Source: Octopus sinensis | Taxonomy: Eukaryota | Length of the DNA: 64,000 nt | Direction of reading: 5' to 3' | Assembly: GCF_006345805.1 (NCBI RefSeq) | Contig: NC_043014.1 | Location: 31,062,001-31,126,000, forward strand | Part shown: positions 63,520 through 64,000 of the stretch, in pieces | Numbering within the stretch: position 1 is the stretch's first letter | Layout of the letters: each line of letters begins with the position of its first letter | Notes under the pieces: model-generated | Database searches by the model: none | What the model saw: only the letters and a program-made list of their open reading frames with translations | Told to the model about the DNA's origin: nothing | Translations under genes and position numbers: made by a program

Positions 63520-63700
63520 CTAGCATGGGTTAGATGGTTTGATAGGAGCTGGCCAGCTGAAGAGATTCCCAGGCGCCATGTCTGTTTTGGGGTGGTTTCT
63601 ACAGCTGAATGTCCTTCTTAATGCCAACAACTTTATATAGTGTACTGGGTGCTTTTATGCCCCACTGGCACTAGTGCTTTTTACGTGTCACCAGTACCCA
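63520..63700 (-). mobile_element. RTE-type LINE 3' tail
   Basis: CTAGCATGGGTTAGATGGTTTGA...GTTTCTACAGCTGAATGTCCTTCTTAATGCCAAC...GGGTGCTTTTATG. Confidence 0.78.
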
Positions 63701-64000
63701 CGAGCCTCCAAGGTTAGGATCATTCAGCTCAAAAGGGATGCATTTATGCAAGAACAGCCATGTTTTTACTTAGCTTTATGTGACCTATGAATGAGTGTAT
63801 AATATCTGGTTATAGGGAAAATATTACTTTGCTTGGAAACATGTAAGGTTTGGCAGCAGGAATGGACAAAATTTACTTCAGTAAACTCTCCAACCCATGC
63901 AAGTATGGGAAAGTGAGCATCAGAGATTTTCATGGGTCATAGGTTGCTCATGACTATTCTACCATATTAAAAAAAAGAAGAAAGAATGGGCATGATTCTG

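Overview
AT-rich, microsatellite-dense metazoan DNA made up almost entirely of decayed transposable elements. The repeat repertoire points to a cephalopod (Octopus-like) genome; that is inference from family resemblance, not a database result. It comprises three tRNA-derived SINE families, RTE-clade LINEs with (GAT)n tails, R4/Dong-like RLE retrotransposons, Penelope-like remnants, mariner/Tc1/Tigger remnants, TTAA MITEs, Helitron-like elements and a Gypsy fragment. No host protein-coding gene can be confidently identified. Nearly all listed ORFs are translated microsatellites or TE debris, though a few frame-compatible minus-strand exon candidates lie at 37.6-47 kb. The most notable observations are: (1) a complete minimal hammerhead ribozyme motif at 43739-43773 (minus) in a Penelope-like terminal fragment; (2) a 41/41 inverted copy of a nearby diverged SINE segment inserted in a (TA)n tract; (3) a 45-bp-arm fold-back element; (4) a 2-kb Helitron-like element with both termini, internal repeats and a nested LINE tail; (5) a Helentron/DINE-like element enclosing a Gypsy integrase fragment. 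I see no evidence of a wholly new biological system. Boundaries of degenerate repeats are approximate (about +/-20 bp) unless termini are quoted.
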